The position numbers and the translations under genes are program-made. Positions 14,971-28,500 of a stretch of DNA of 64,000 nt are shown here, piece by piece. Location of the stretch: assembly GCA_012295275.1 (NCBI GenBank), contig CM022678.1:18972001-19036000 (forward strand). Reading direction: 5' to 3'. The notes beneath the pieces are model-generated. The model was not told the DNA's origin and ran no database searches. It saw only the letters and a program-made list of their open reading frames with translations. The stretch is from Chrysomallon squamiferum (taxonomy: Eukaryota > Animalia > Mollusca). Each line of letters begins with the position of its first letter. Position 1 is the stretch's first letter.

Positions 14971-15618
14971 GTAAGTAAGTAAACATTTTGAGAGTAATGT
15001 ATTCATGTATGTATGTGATTCTGCTGTCAGTTTTATAATAAACAACAACAAACAGAGGTGAGGAGTATTTCAGTAAATTTTTTATCAATGTGAATTTATA
15101 TCTATTTCTGTGGTTAATCCTAAGTTTGTCTCAAAATGACAGCAGAAATTCAGTCAATATTTTATGAAACATTTTAGTTTTCACCTGGATCAGATACAGA
15201 ATGGTTATATAAATCTGTCTACATCCAGTTTTGATTGTCAAACATGAAATCAGCTAATTTTTTCCAGTAAAAACATAGATGGCGATGTATCTCAATAACT
15301 TTTATACACACATCTAATTTTGTAAAAGTTCATGGCTGTTTATTGCATTACATTTGATTCATATAATTTTATCGTGTAAGCTAACCAGATCTGTATATTG
15401 ATAACAAATAAATAAATACAATTTTATTTTAGTATCACATTTAATCTGTTAATAAATTTTGAGTCTTTGAATAATGGTAGTTATAATCATAATGGGTTTA
15501 TTTTTAATATTAGTAACTAAGTAAGTTTTTTTTAAAGAAAATGTATTACTTGGCAATGTTATTTTAAGAAGCAAGATAAATCAGTATGTATGTTTGTATT
15601 GTTCTATTGACATGATAG

Positions 15619-15698
15619 AAGAGTTGTACAGTGACAAACAACTGGTTCAACATACAGCATCTAATGTCTAAAGATGGGTTAAACTGAACTGAAACAAT
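15619..15698 (+). other. Putative 5' UTR exon (copy 2 of a duplicated exon)
   Basis: Paralogous to 14890-14970 with the same gtaagtaagt donor; contains only very short upstream ORFs (e.g. ATG GGT TAA). Confidence 0.4.
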
Positions 15699-16874
15699 GT
15701 AAGTAAGTAAATGTATTTTTTGTTTAAATTATTTACATTTACACACAAATAGAAGCTGAAACACATGCACATAATATACAACTGGAAAAATGTTTAGCAC
15801 TCTGGTATTAGAAGAGGATTTATTATTATTATTATTTTTTGTCGCACATGGAGCTGGAGAGTTCATAAAGTAATTTAAGGAAATTGTTTTAGAGAGAAAA
15901 TGATAATTCTAATCTCTAGATTACTTCTGTAGTTAAAGAGGTCAATGACAAGTAAACATTCAACCTCCAACATCCAACTCATCCCTCCAGTTAAATGTTG
16001 GATTTGTCAAACTTGTCAACTAATGTCATTCCCAGTGCTAAGCTCATTCCACTTCCATTCTATATAAAATGTCTGATGATACCCAAATGTGATCAAGAGG
16101 TTTCAAAACTGGACTCATGTAATTGCAGTGAAACTGATGTCCTGTAGCTTTAATCTGTTGAATGCATTCCTATTTTCTGTTATATTTGTGTTTCTGATGT
16201 CCACCATTGTGCCAAGTTAACACTGAATGATTTAGTGTGCTAGACACTGTAGTTAAAAATATATATGTAATAAGTGAGCATACTGCAGTTAAGAATAAAA
16301 CAAAATACGCAGAAATGATGCACTGACCTGTCACAGTGAAATCATTTGTAAGTGTCATTCAGAAAGATGAAACATCAGTCTGTTGTTAAATATCACAAAG
16401 TTGTAATTACTTTCGACATGTTGTCACTCATATGTATTTACTCCAGGTGTATATTTGTGACATTTCCATTTGTATCATTTATCTCACGTAATTTACTACA
16501 GTGAGAGTATAAATAAAACTATTCTGGTCTATACATTTATTTTGTTTATATAATTTAATGCAAATGAGAAAACTAATAATATAATTTAGTTGTTACTATT
16601 CTGATAAATACTATGTTTATTACATATAACATTTGGGATCATTATTGGAGTTTATTATTAAAACATATTTTGGATGAATTGATTCTAATAAGATGTAAGA
16701 GAAATTAATAACAACAATATTAAGTTTCAACATTAGCACTATTGTGATAATTATGTTTTCTTGACTATTTTTATGTAACAATCTAACATCACTATTTACA
16801 GAATGAGGACTTTTATTAAAACAATTCTCATTTTATTATTTTAAAATACTTTGTCTGAGCTATTTTCATTTCAG

Positions 16875-16902
16875 CAGTGTTCAACAACCGATACGTGAAA
16901 CT
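16875..16902 (+). other. Putative micro-exon upstream of the first coding exon
   Basis: ttttcatttcag acceptor (NAGNAG) and gtaagc donor. Confidence 0.3.
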
Positions 16903-17116
16903 GTAAGCTCTGTCTCTGGGTAGGTGTAAATGAATTTTCACTTACTGTTAATAAGAAAGAGTAGACTGAAGTGGATTTCTTCTTTTGTTATCTGAATATT
17001 CCTAAACATTATTTCTAACATCATATGAATAAAATGAGTTGAATAAAACATTTCTTTTCTTCCTTCTATATTAAAAAACAGTAATTATATTATATTTTTT
17101 TTACAGTTCAGCCAGT

Positions 17117-17306
17117 ATGGATAACAAAAATGAGAGTTCCGAAATTTGGTCTAACATGACAGCTGCTTCTTCCTCTGACAACATGACAACTGGTTCTTCT
17201 GTAGAGAGATGGATAGCTGATTCTGTCTTAAACAGTATACCTGCATGTCTCACTAACATCACAAACACAGAGCATGACTTACAACCACCTGTGTCAAGCA
17301 GTGAAG
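17117..17306 (+). CDS. Predicted first coding exon of the STAND-ankyrin gene (Ser/Thr/Asn-rich, MDNKNESSEIWSN...)
   Basis: Acceptor ttttacag ends 17106, ATG at 17117, donor GAAG|gtaat after 17306; 190 coding nt gives phase 1, compatible with all downstream exons. Confidence 0.65.
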
Positions 17307-17803
17307 GTAATATGCACAGCCTTTTACTATACTGTTTAGTTTTTTGATAGGGATAGTAATATAAATAGGAATATTGATATAAATATTCAAAACTAGTTTT
17401 ACTTTTTTAATAATAGAATATTTCAATATATTGTTTACTCATGGTAAAAAATTACTATTTACATTTGGAACAAAACACTGTTTCAGTATATTGGTTAGTT
17501 CCATCTTAGGCATTAGTACATTCACACTTTATACATTTATTTTGATAATGAATTAGCGATTTAACGTCTTTATGGTCTTTCTATTTCACAGACGAAAAAT
17601 ACACACTAGAATATGTCTAATTACTTAATGACCATTATAATTATTCTTGTATTTACTGTTATACATTTTAATACTGTAAAGTAATATTTATTTCATAGCA
17701 TCTACACATAATCAGTTAAACACATTTTTAACATATATTGTTATATTTAATAATACTTTTAACAAAAAACAGATTGTATTAATACTATATTTTGTCGTTT
17801 CAG

Positions 17804-17830
17804 ATACAAAAAGTTTTAAACATTATGTTC
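17804..17830 (+). CDS. Possible 27-nt micro-exon (DTKSFKHYV)
   Basis: tttgtcgtttcag acceptor, gtgagt donor, phase 1-1 and open. The following intron is only 42 nt, so it may be skipped or alternative. Confidence 0.4.
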
Positions 17831-17872
17831 GTGAGTTGTAAATTTAGAAAATGTATTTACTCTGTTTCATAG

Positions 17873-17959
17873 GTACTCAAATAATGCAACTTTTGCAGAA
17901 GATAGCAAATATGCCTCACTCTGGTAATGTTCAAATGGGAGACCATAACACTATAATAA
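17873..17959 (+). CDS. 87-nt exon encoding a RHIM-like motif (TQIMQLLQKIANMPHSGNVQMGDHNTII)
   Basis: tctgtttcatag acceptor, A|gtaagt donor, phase 1-1, open frame. VQMG core at 17929-17940 followed by DHN, resembling RHIM cores such as VQVGDNN (RIPK3) and IQIGAYN (RIPK1). Confidence 0.7.
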
Positions 17960-18512
17960 GTAAGTTCAAGAATAAAAATGTATATGTTTTGTTTTTTTCT
18001 CTAGATGTTTGTTTGATAACAGAATACACATGTAACATACTCTGGCTAAAGGAGATGTGTCCAGGTTCTGAGATATGAATATATTTTGCATCCATGTGCC
18101 CATCCTTTCCAATATAATCATGTGTAGACCTTGGACATTGACTAAGTTGTAGCAGTTTCTAATACTGAAGTCAACAAATCATCACAAGAAACACGTTTGT
18201 CAAAAATTCATTAGAAATTCATAAGTAGCCTGCAACAGAATACCCAACCAATAACTTCCTGATCTACTCAGGAATTTTATATCATAGAATTAAAATATAT
18301 TCTTATATTGATTACAGCAGGGTCGGAAATATGAAAAAGTATGTGTCCAGATCATAAGAGGCATGATCAGTGACAGATTAAAAACAGCCCGTAGAAGAAA
18401 TACTTAGTAGAAATATCAATGTTACTATCCATCTTAATTTCATATCATGTTTCAGAGTTACAACTTTTCATTACCATCTCATTATGTGCATGTACACTGA
18501 GATGGTACTGTT

Positions 18513-18516
<4 letters not shown>

Positions 18517-18577
<61 letters not shown>

Positions 18578-18581
18578 ACAG

Positions 18582-18670
<89 letters not shown>
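18517..18670. repeat. Compound (TG)n/(AG)n microsatellite
   Basis: Directly visible. Confidence 0.95.
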
Positions 18671-18673
<3 letters not shown>

Positions 18674-18927
18674 ATTTTTTTGTAAACTTGATATATGTTT
18701 TGTCCTGTTTTGGAACTCGTGATCCTACTGGAAGTGAAGTACACAAGTAAACCCGAATTAACAGGCAAGATGACATCACCAAGCTCACTCAGTAATTGTT
18801 TAGAAGTCATTTTACTGCAGTGCTGATCTTCTAGCAACTATATAGCTCAATTCTACCATGACAAAACATCTTATTTTTCATTAAATAAAACACAGAATAA
18901 TGTTCGCCAGAATACGAAGCCCTCTTG

Positions 18928-20370
18928 TCATACGTGACGTGTCTCAACCAATTTCCAATACCTGGTAGGTACCCAGGCAAAATAGAAGATTCGGAATGCA
19001 TTCAACATTGGCAAGTTCTCTGTCAGTACTTCATATACACATAGCCACCGATGTGCAACTCTTTGGGCAGGCATTATGTAGCTTATTCCAAGAATCAAGC
19101 ATACCTCTTCGAATGACTCGCGTATATCTGGGCTCCACTTAAAATCCGTGTTCAAGTCATCTATCAGACCTTCAACTACATGCCCAAAATGGTCACAGAA
19201 TTTCTGAACACTGTTGTGTATGTGATGACAGATATCACCATCAATGTCACACAGATGGGGAGCCTCTTCTCTCAACAGGGTTTCAAATCCGGCATGTTTT
19301 CCTCTCATATAATTTGTAGAATCTGACAAATTGGATATTAGGTTTGTTAGTTTTCATGAAAAAATCCATATGTTTCTGGGCATTCACAACTGTCATGTCG
19401 TCAAACTCGAAGTGTTTGACTACAGCCTCTTGCCGCGACTCGGAGAAGTAGCTAACTAATATAGAGAGCACCGATTTGTTGTTGTTTGAAAAACATTCAT
19501 CCATGTTCGTCCAAAGGAAACTTTGTTTCAGGTCCTTCACTAGCCTCTTGTCAGACAAAGTACCAAGTCTTTCATGCATCTTACAAGAAATAGTGGTGCG
19601 AGGCATGCATGATAGGGCATCCATTGCCTTTTTATCTGTAGAATTTCTTTAGCATATTCTATCATTTTGGGGACCATGCTCAATAGCAGGGAATTCTGAG
19701 TAAATGACAACATACAGGCCTCCAGGTGAGCTTTCCCATCAATTACACTGACCAAAGGTGCAGGCCTCGGCAGCACTGGATTTGAAATTGCCTTCCACTG
19801 CCAGTTTTGGGGAGCACCATATGGAATTGCAGCACTTTCCTGCCGAATGTCAATGTCCATATCACCTTCTTCCATTGTCTGTGTCGCCCTCATGACAACT
19901 GGAATGTGAGGAGTGTCCTGCCTGGCATTTCGAATGTCAATATGCTTCCGTTTTATTGCATGTGCTTTTAGGTGGGCTTTAGCTTGACATTGCACCACAC
20001 ACAAATTACAAAACCAGGCACGTCAATCTTTCTCAAATACTCTCCAAAGCATTCAGGTCAGCAGTTCGGTCAATTATTTTTGTATGCTATCATAAATTGT
20101 CTACTCACAACGGAATTTCAACAAAAAAATCGCGGAAGTTGCCATTCATGCATGTATGCCATTGTTCACAATGGGCACAGATCCCGCGCACTTACCTCTC
20201 ACGAGATCAGTTAAAATATGGCTGCAGCCATGCATTGCCATGGACGCTGCCATGTTGGTTTGAAGATTGAATTGGTGGTTTGTGCAAAACCCGGATTGGT
20301 CGCAAATCTTGACCATATCCAGAAACAAATCGGGCAAATTAAAAATCCGGAAGATACTCATCTATCTATC
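18928..20370 (-). mobile_element. Decayed hAT-superfamily transposase, N-terminal and catalytic part
   Basis: Frameshifted minus-strand ORFs with motifs NMDEC (first catalytic Asp), MSDSTNYMRG (second Asp), DICHHIHN (CxxH-like) and HRWL, typical of hAT transposases. Confidence 0.78.
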
Positions 20371-21530
20371 ATTATTATTATACCTTGATCTATTTTACTA
20401 TAATTATTACTACCATTAATAAAACTACTGCTGTAGTTTTTGGATCACTATTGTTACTTAGTTATTGTTATTGTTCACATTATTATTACAATTATTATTT
20501 GTATTATTATAATTACTTTTATGACTATTATTATTAACGTGTTTGCAAATGATAATAATGACATATATTGGCTTGTTTAATTTATGTTGAATGATCTTAT
20601 TAAAATAATCTATATAAGAATGACAATATTTATAATGTATGTGTATATGTGTCTTTGTATGTATGTTTCTATGTTGTTCAGGTGTGATAGAAGAGTACTA
20701 ATGACTCCTGTGAAATGTATTATGTTATCTACTGAACAGGTAGTGAAAAGAAAACTTTCAGTTTTTATCTTACCAGTTTTAAATGTTTGTTTTCTTGGTA
20801 CATCATTCTTTTCTTTAGTATTATTTTCATAACATTGGGTTTGTCTCCTAATACAAATTTCTACATAGAGATATAGTTACTTTCACGCAGGCCAATGCTG
20901 TTAATGTGGTGAATGATCGTTTAATTTCAACGATGAACAAACTATCGTTCAGCATAGCACAAAATTTGTGAACCTTCATGTGAACAAAAAGTTGTTTGCA
21001 CAATTTATGCACCCTTGGTAGACGTATATATGTATGTATTATGTCTGTGTTCGCATGTGTTGGTCATAGCATTTGGTGGTAAAATACTAATGATTAATGG
21101 GACATGTAGTTCTGTTATCTATTAAATATGTTTCAATTTTTTATTTACTGGTTTCCACAGCTTCATCTTCTGATACAATATTCCTGTTACTAGATAGATT
21201 TTTATCTGTGCTCATATTTACATTATATTCTACCGCTGGTTGTTGCAGCAAACATAGAAAAATTAATCATTTAAATTTACATCCTACAAGTGTTATTTCT
21301 AAAACTGTCTGTATCTACATGTGGACCATACAGTATTAAAAGTGTGTGTGTTTACATATTTCATCAGCTATTGCTAAAGAAAAAAAATCATTATGAATAA
21401 ATTACCTTGTTTGTTGAACAATTGAGATTTGATATTTATTTTCTATTTTTTAAATCACTGTATCATAAATAGATTTTAATTCAAAACAATTCACATGATA
21501 ACATAATCAAAATGACAATCTTTAGAAGTA

Positions 21531-22050
21531 GTGTCTAAAAACAAAGGTGAGAAAAAATGTCTAGATGCAGAGAATAGCATGTTGGAGTCATCTCATTTGC
21601 GAGTAGATCAAGACCTACCACCAGCAGAAGTTGGTGAAAAGCCTGTTCAGTTAGACCATTGGTGGGTTAAAATGATTGGGAGGTATCCCATATTGGCTAA
21701 AGTAGTCAAGGCATATCTAAGCATTTTTGCAGGACTCCATATTGAACAATCATTTAGTCAGATGAATGACATTGTCAACATGAAGTCAAACTGTTTAGAA
21801 ATGTCCACCCACTCTGCAATGCAGATAGCCTGATATGATCTTTCTGCCAGGCATACCACCTCCATCCAGGCATTCCATCGCGATGACACTCTCAGAACTC
21901 CTGTAGACCAGAGTATGGTTTACCACACTAACACTGATAAGCTTGAACAAGCTAAGCTGGAAACTGAACAAAAATCCAAAAGGCTTAAAACCAGTGAACA
22001 GAAATATAGGTGGTAAAACAACCTTGGTGCACAGAGCTGCTAAACAAATA
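21531..22050 (+). mobile_element. hAT transposase C-terminal dimerisation-domain fragment
   Basis: LDHWWVKMIGRYPILAKVVKAYLSIFAGLHIEQSFSQMN matches the hAT C-terminal pattern WW..YP.L....LS......E..FS; stop at 21833. Confidence 0.75.
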
Positions 22051-22247
22051 AAAAAAACACCATTGATTTAAAGAAAAACAACTCATATTTTCCTAATTTT
22101 TTTTTGTCAGGCCATTCTCATCTATGAATGTTAAATATTAACAGTTCCATGAATAAAGTACAGAGTAATTGCACAGATCACTTTAATATATCTTTTACTC
22201 ACCATTAATAATACAAACTTACCTGTTTTATTTTTGTATTATTTCAG

Positions 22248-22280
22248 CAACGAGTGAAAAACGAGCTTCCAATATCAGAG
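22248..22280 (+). CDS. 33-nt linker micro-exon (TTSEKRASNIR)
   Basis: tattatttcag acceptor, AGAG|gtaatt donor, phase 1-1; its last G joins AG at 22575 to give GAG TCT ACC ATG in the frame of the giant ORF. Confidence 0.65.
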
Positions 22281-22574
22281 GTAATTTTTTATTTTTTTCT
22301 CTCTTCTCAGAAATGTTAATTTATAACAAGATAATCATCTTGTTAATTTTACACCATTTAAAACTGTGACATCTTATTATCTTTGCTCAGTTCTAATGAA
22401 CTAAAATTATGACACAAACTATGTATTGTATTTTTGAGAACGCCCCCCCTAGCTATTTTACATCCAATAACCCGTCATATATATGAATAGTAAAATATGC
22501 TCTAAACAATTAATTATACACAATGTTGTTTTTATTTTTGTATTCTTATTTTTATTTTTTTAAATGTTATACAG

Positions 22575-25500
22575 AGTCTACCATGTCAGTGTTCAACTCT
22601 GTTGACGGAAGTGTCTATGTTGAAACAAGAGCAGAGAAAAAAGGTGTAACGCTTTTGAAAAAGCATGGTGTTGTGATTGTAGTAGGATGCCCAGGTTCAG
22701 GAAAGACAACTCTGGCTTTGAGGATGATGAGGCAGATCGGAACTGAAGAAAAAAGAGAATCTTACTTGATCACGGATCGCTATGACTTCAATGACATTCC
22801 TCTATCGAAAAAAAAGAAGTGTGTTGTTCTCATTGATAATATATTTGGTGAGACTAATCTTGTTTTACCTTTTATGGAGTCATGGAAACTGATATTTCAC
22901 AAGATATGGAATCTTGTCCAGAATGATTCTGTGAAATGTATTATTACTTTAAGAAAACAAATATTTTTAGAAAGTGAAATTCATGTAAAGAAATTTGGTC
23001 TGTTTAATGAAAATCATGTTCTTGATCTGCAAAGTGATGACTCTTGTCTGAATTATGATGAAAAGGAAGAAATTCTAAACAAATATCTCAAAGAAAAGGA
23101 TGTTAAAATGGATGAAACTGATAAAAAGACCGTCATTACCAGTTCGTGTACAGAGTTAGGATTCCCTCAGGTGTGTGTGTTTTATGTTAATTCAAGTGAT
23201 GCACAAAATCGAGGAGTTGAGTTTTTCAAGAAACCTATAGAATATCTCAGACAAGAGCTGGAAAAATTGAAAAATAACGAATATTCACAAATCAATTACC
23301 TAGTTCTATTGTTGATCTTGTTCAAACAAGGTAGTCTCAGCATTGATTCACTGGACCCATATGAAAATGGCCCTGACAGTGACATAATGAAATTAATAAG
23401 AAACCTAGAGCTAGCCTGTCTGAAACAAGAAAACCCAGGTCTAAAAGGTATAGAGAAAGCAGCTGATTTAATGTGTGGTACATATTTGAAGTGTTATGAC
23501 AATAAATACACATTTATTCATCAGTCAGTGTTTGAGTGTTTGTTTCTGATGTTTACATCAGAGTTTCCAAGGAAAGCAGCAGAGTTACTAGAAGTGTGTT
23601 CTGTCTCCATGTTGTTAGAATATGTTGTGACACCTGGAGTATCTAACAAAAGTCACATTACAATGACCGTGAGACCTGATTGCTTTGATAGTCTTGCATG
23701 CAAATTTACTGACTTGCTGGCATCTGATGCCAGAAAAATTATTTCACATCCATCTCTGAAAGATGAAGAATTTCTAGATTACCTCATAAAGGAAAAATAC
23801 TTTTATGGTAGGTTGTCTGAAATACTGCATCAGGGAATATATGAAATAGACTATGTCCAATATCTATTTGAAACTAATGGAAATAGATTCAATTATATAT
23901 CTTTTGTAAATGCACACAGTGCTAATGGAATATTTTGCAGGATTTCATGTCTTCTTGACAATGATTCAAAATTTGACTCTAGTTACGAATGGTATTTGAA
24001 AGTTGACGAAAATTACATAGAGTTATCTTCTGTTACCAGTTTGTGTATTGAGTATGGACTAAGAACATTGTCGAAATATTTCACATCAAATCTGTGTAAA
24101 ATGAAACTAACATATGTGAAAAACAAACTTTTGGTTTTTTCTTGTTTGTTTGGTGATGAAGATGTTGTGAGAATGTTGCTAAATTCAGGTGTTATTCCAA
24201 CATTTGATGTATTCTGTGCAGCTGCTGGTTCTAAAAGAGACAGTACTAGCATACTCAGAGAATTATTCAAGTATAAAAAGGTGGTAAACCTGTTTCTGCG
24301 TTCACAGTTGTTATATATTTCTATTTCTTCAGGTAACATGAACATTGCCTGTCTGTTGGCTGAGATGATAAACAATGAGAAACAAAACAATGAAATCAAG
24401 GAAGAAGCTGTCAAACTGTTATTGGTTAGGTTCCTTAGAAAAGTAAAATTTGAGTTACATGACATATTTATTGTGGAATTCGAGACATATTTTGAAAACT
24501 CAAAGACTATTAAAGCTGTTGATGTAAGCCGTCTACTTAAGAAACTGCTTACTATTGACATAATAAACAAAATTAAAGATATTGCTATCATTGCTGCTTG
24601 TCAGAGTACTTCAGGTCTTATAAAAGAAATAGTAAAACTGAAACCTGAGTGTTTAAATGATGAGAATAGAGATAAAGTACTTATAGCAGCAGCAATATGG
24701 GGTTCTCCTGATACAGTAAATTTTGTCATTGAACACAGATGTAAAAATGCAGATGAAAACAACTGGAAGAAAAGTCAAGTATTGAATGTAGCAGTGATGT
24801 TTAACAGTGTAGATGTTGTTCAGTGTCTTCTTGATAAAGGAGCTGATCCAAATATGAATGTATATGTTAACCAGAAACTGATTCAGTTGTTTGAAGAGGA
24901 AGTTATGTCACAAGACTTCCGTGATGTTTTAATAAAAGTGAAACTCAACATTTGTCCCAAAAATGAATTGATTCAAAACGAAGCTAATTTGAAAATGATG
25001 CCTTCAGACTCGCCCCTCCACATTTCGGTTTTGCGTGGTGACTTAGATATAGTAAAACTACTAATAAAGAGAAATGCTGCTGTTAATGCAGTAAACACTG
25101 AGGGAAAAACTCCACTTCATGAAGCTGTAAAAGCAAAGATACACAGAAAGGAAGTAGCTTTGTTGTTACTGGAAAATGGCGCCCATACTGACATAACAGA
25201 TAAACAAAACAATTCAGTATTGCATATAGCATCTCAAATTGACATAGATGTGATGAAAGAAGTAATAAAAAAGAGTGTTGAAATAAATATAATTAACAAT
25301 CAAGGACAAACTCCTCTACTTTTGTCCTTATGCAATAACAGACCTGAAACAACTTTACATTTACTACAGCATGGAGCTGACCCTAATCTAAAAGATAACT
25401 ATAACAATTCTGCTTTACACCTAGCAGCTGAATACGGAAATTTAGAAATTGTGACTGCACTGACTGAAAAAGGTGTTGATGTAAATAGTAAAAACAGCGA

Positions 25501-28500
25501 CGGTATAACTCCTCTTTTTATGGCTGTTCTGTATGAACAAAACAAAGTAATTTGGTATTTACTGGAACACGGAGCTGATCCTAATTTATCAGCCAATGGT
25601 AACAATTCTGTTTTAGACGTAGCAGTTGAACATGGAAATACGGATATTGTTACAGCACTGATTGAAAAAGGTGTTGATGTAAACATAAAAAACAGTAAAA
25701 ATGAAACTCCACTTACTACAGCTATGAAATGTAAAAATTACAAAGTAGTTTTGTGTTTACTGGAACATGGAGCTGATTCTGATTTAACAAACAATGATTC
25801 CTATTCTGTTTTGCACATAGCAGCTGAACATGGAAATACGGATATTGTGACAGCACTCATTGAAAAAGGTTTTGACGTAAATATTAAAAATAGTCGAGGT
25901 GAAACTCCTGTTTTTACGGCTTATAAATATAAACAGAACAAAGTAGTTTTGTATTTACTGGAACATGGAGCTGATCCTAATTTAACAGACAATGCTGGCA
26001 ATTCCATTTTACACCTTGCAGCTGCAAATGCTAATATAGAAGGTGTGAAAGCACAGATTGGAAACGGTGTTGATGTAAATATTAAAAATAGCCGAGGTGA
26101 AACTCCTCTTTTTACAGCTGTTCTGTGTAAACAGAACAAAGTAGTTTTGTATTTACTGGAACATGGAGCTGATCCTAATTTAACAGACAATGATAACAAT
26201 TGTGTTTTACACCTAGCAGCTGAAAATGCTAATACAGAATGTGTGAAGGCACTGATTGAAAAAGGTGTTCATGTAAATGTTAAAAATAGCCGAGGTGAAA
26301 CTCCTCTTTTTAAAGCTGTTCTGTGTGAACCAAACAAATCTATTTTGTCTTTACTGGAACATGGAGCTGATTCTAATTTAACCGACAATGATAACAATTC
26401 TGGTTTAAACATAAAAGTTAAGGATGAAGAAGATGTAGAATTTGCGAGAACACTGACTGAAAAACGTGGTGATGTAAATATTAAAAACACTCCATCTGAA
26501 ATTCCTCTTTTTACACCTTTTCAGTTTAAACTATTGTTCTCTTTATCAACACGTGAATGTTTGCACAAAGTATTTTTTTATTTACTGGAACATGGAGCTG
26601 ATCCTAATTTAACAGACAATCAAAACAGTTCTGTTTTACACTTAGCAACTACATGTGGAGCTATAAAAATTGTGACATCATTGATTGAAAAAGGTTTTGA
26701 TATAAACACTAAAAACAGCCAAGGTGAAACTCCTCTTTTGACAGCTGTTTCATGTCACCAGAACAAAATAGTTTATTATTTGCTAGAACATGGAGCTGAT
26801 CCTAATTTGAGAGACAAATATAACAATTCTATTTTACACTTTGCAGTTGAAAATGCAAATACAGAAATAATGGCATTGATTGAGAAAGATTTTGATGTAA
26901 ATATAAAAAACAGCCGAGGTGAAACTCCTCTTTTTACATCTGTATCGAAGCGTAATGTTTTGAGGTTTCCAGGACACGAACGTTTGAACAAAATAGTTTT
27001 TTATTTACTGGGAAATGGAGCTGATCCTAGTTTAACAGACAATGATAACAATTCTGTTTTACACCTAGCAGCTGCTCGAGGATATGCTGACATTGTAACA
27101 GCACTGGTAAAAATAGGTATTGATGTAAATATTAAAAACACCCGAGGTGAAACTCCTCTTTTTCAATCTCTAATTTACAGTGAACGGGATCCACGTATGA
27201 TCGAAATAATATATAAAGCAGTTTCGGATATGCTGGAACATGCAGATGATCTTAATTTAAAAGACATTCATAACAATTATTTTTTACACTTAGCAGCCAA
27301 AACAGAACATGCTCTATATCTAAGGGCAATGATTGAAAAAAGTGTTGATGTAAATAGTAAAAACAGCCTAGTTATAATTCATTTTTCTGTAGCTGTTACT
27401 GACAGTACACTTGATCCATGCATGAACGATGAAAACTGTAAACCAGTTTTGTATTTATTGGAACATGGAGCTGATCCTAATTTAACATGTGAGGATGACA
27501 GTTCTGTTTTACACTTAGCAGCTATGAATGGAAATACAGAAATTGTGACTGCACTGATTGAAAAAGGTGTTGATGTAAATTGTAAAAACAGCAAAGGTTT
27601 AACTCCTCTTTTTAATGCTGTTCTGCTCAAACAAAACAAAATTATATTGTATTTACTGGAACATGGAGCTGATATTAATTTAACACTTAATGATGACACT
27701 TCTGTTTTACACGTAGCAGCTGCAAATGGAGGTATAGAAATTGTGACTGCACTGATTGAAAAAGGTGTTGATGTAAATTGTAAAACCAGCGAAGGTTTAA
27801 CTCCTCTTTTTTTTGCAGTTTCCAATAAACAGAACAAAGTATGTTTTTATTTACTGGAACATGGAGCTGATCCTAATTTAACACTCAATTATGACATTTC
27901 TCTTTTATACGTGGCAGCTGCAAATGGAGGTATAGAAATTGTGAGTGCATTGATTGAAAAAGGTGTTGATGTAAATAGTAAAACCAGCAACGGTACAACT
28001 CCTCTCTCTGAAGCTGTTCGGTCTGATCAAAACAAAGTTGTTTTGTATTTACTGGAACATGGAGCTGATCCTAATTTAATAGATAATTATGACATTTCTG
28101 TTTTCGACTTAGCAGTTGCAAATGGAAATATAGAAATTGTGAATGCACTGATTGAAAAAGGTGTTGTTGTAAATAGTAAAAACAGCGAAGATACAAATCC
28201 ACTTTTTAATGCTGTTCACTACAAACAGAACAAACTATCTTTTAATTTACTGGAACATAGAGCTGATCTTAATTTAACACTTAATGATGACAGTTCTGAT
28301 TTACACTTAGCAGCTGAATATGGAAATATAAAAATTGTGAGTGCACTGATTGAAAAAGGTGTTGATGTAAATAGTAAAAACAGCAAAGATATAACTCCTC
28401 TTTTTGCAGCTGTTCGGTCTGATCAAAACACAGTTGTTTTGTATTTACTGGAACATGGAGCTGATCCTAATTTAACACTTAATGATGAAAGTTCTGTTTT

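Noticed and set aside
17592-17614. Additional micro-exon after tttcacag
   Set aside because: No convincing donor in a compatible phase.
22523-22574. ORF-track start MLFLFLYSYFYFFKCY as a signal peptide
   Set aside because: It is the T-rich polypyrimidine tract of the splice acceptor ending at 22574.
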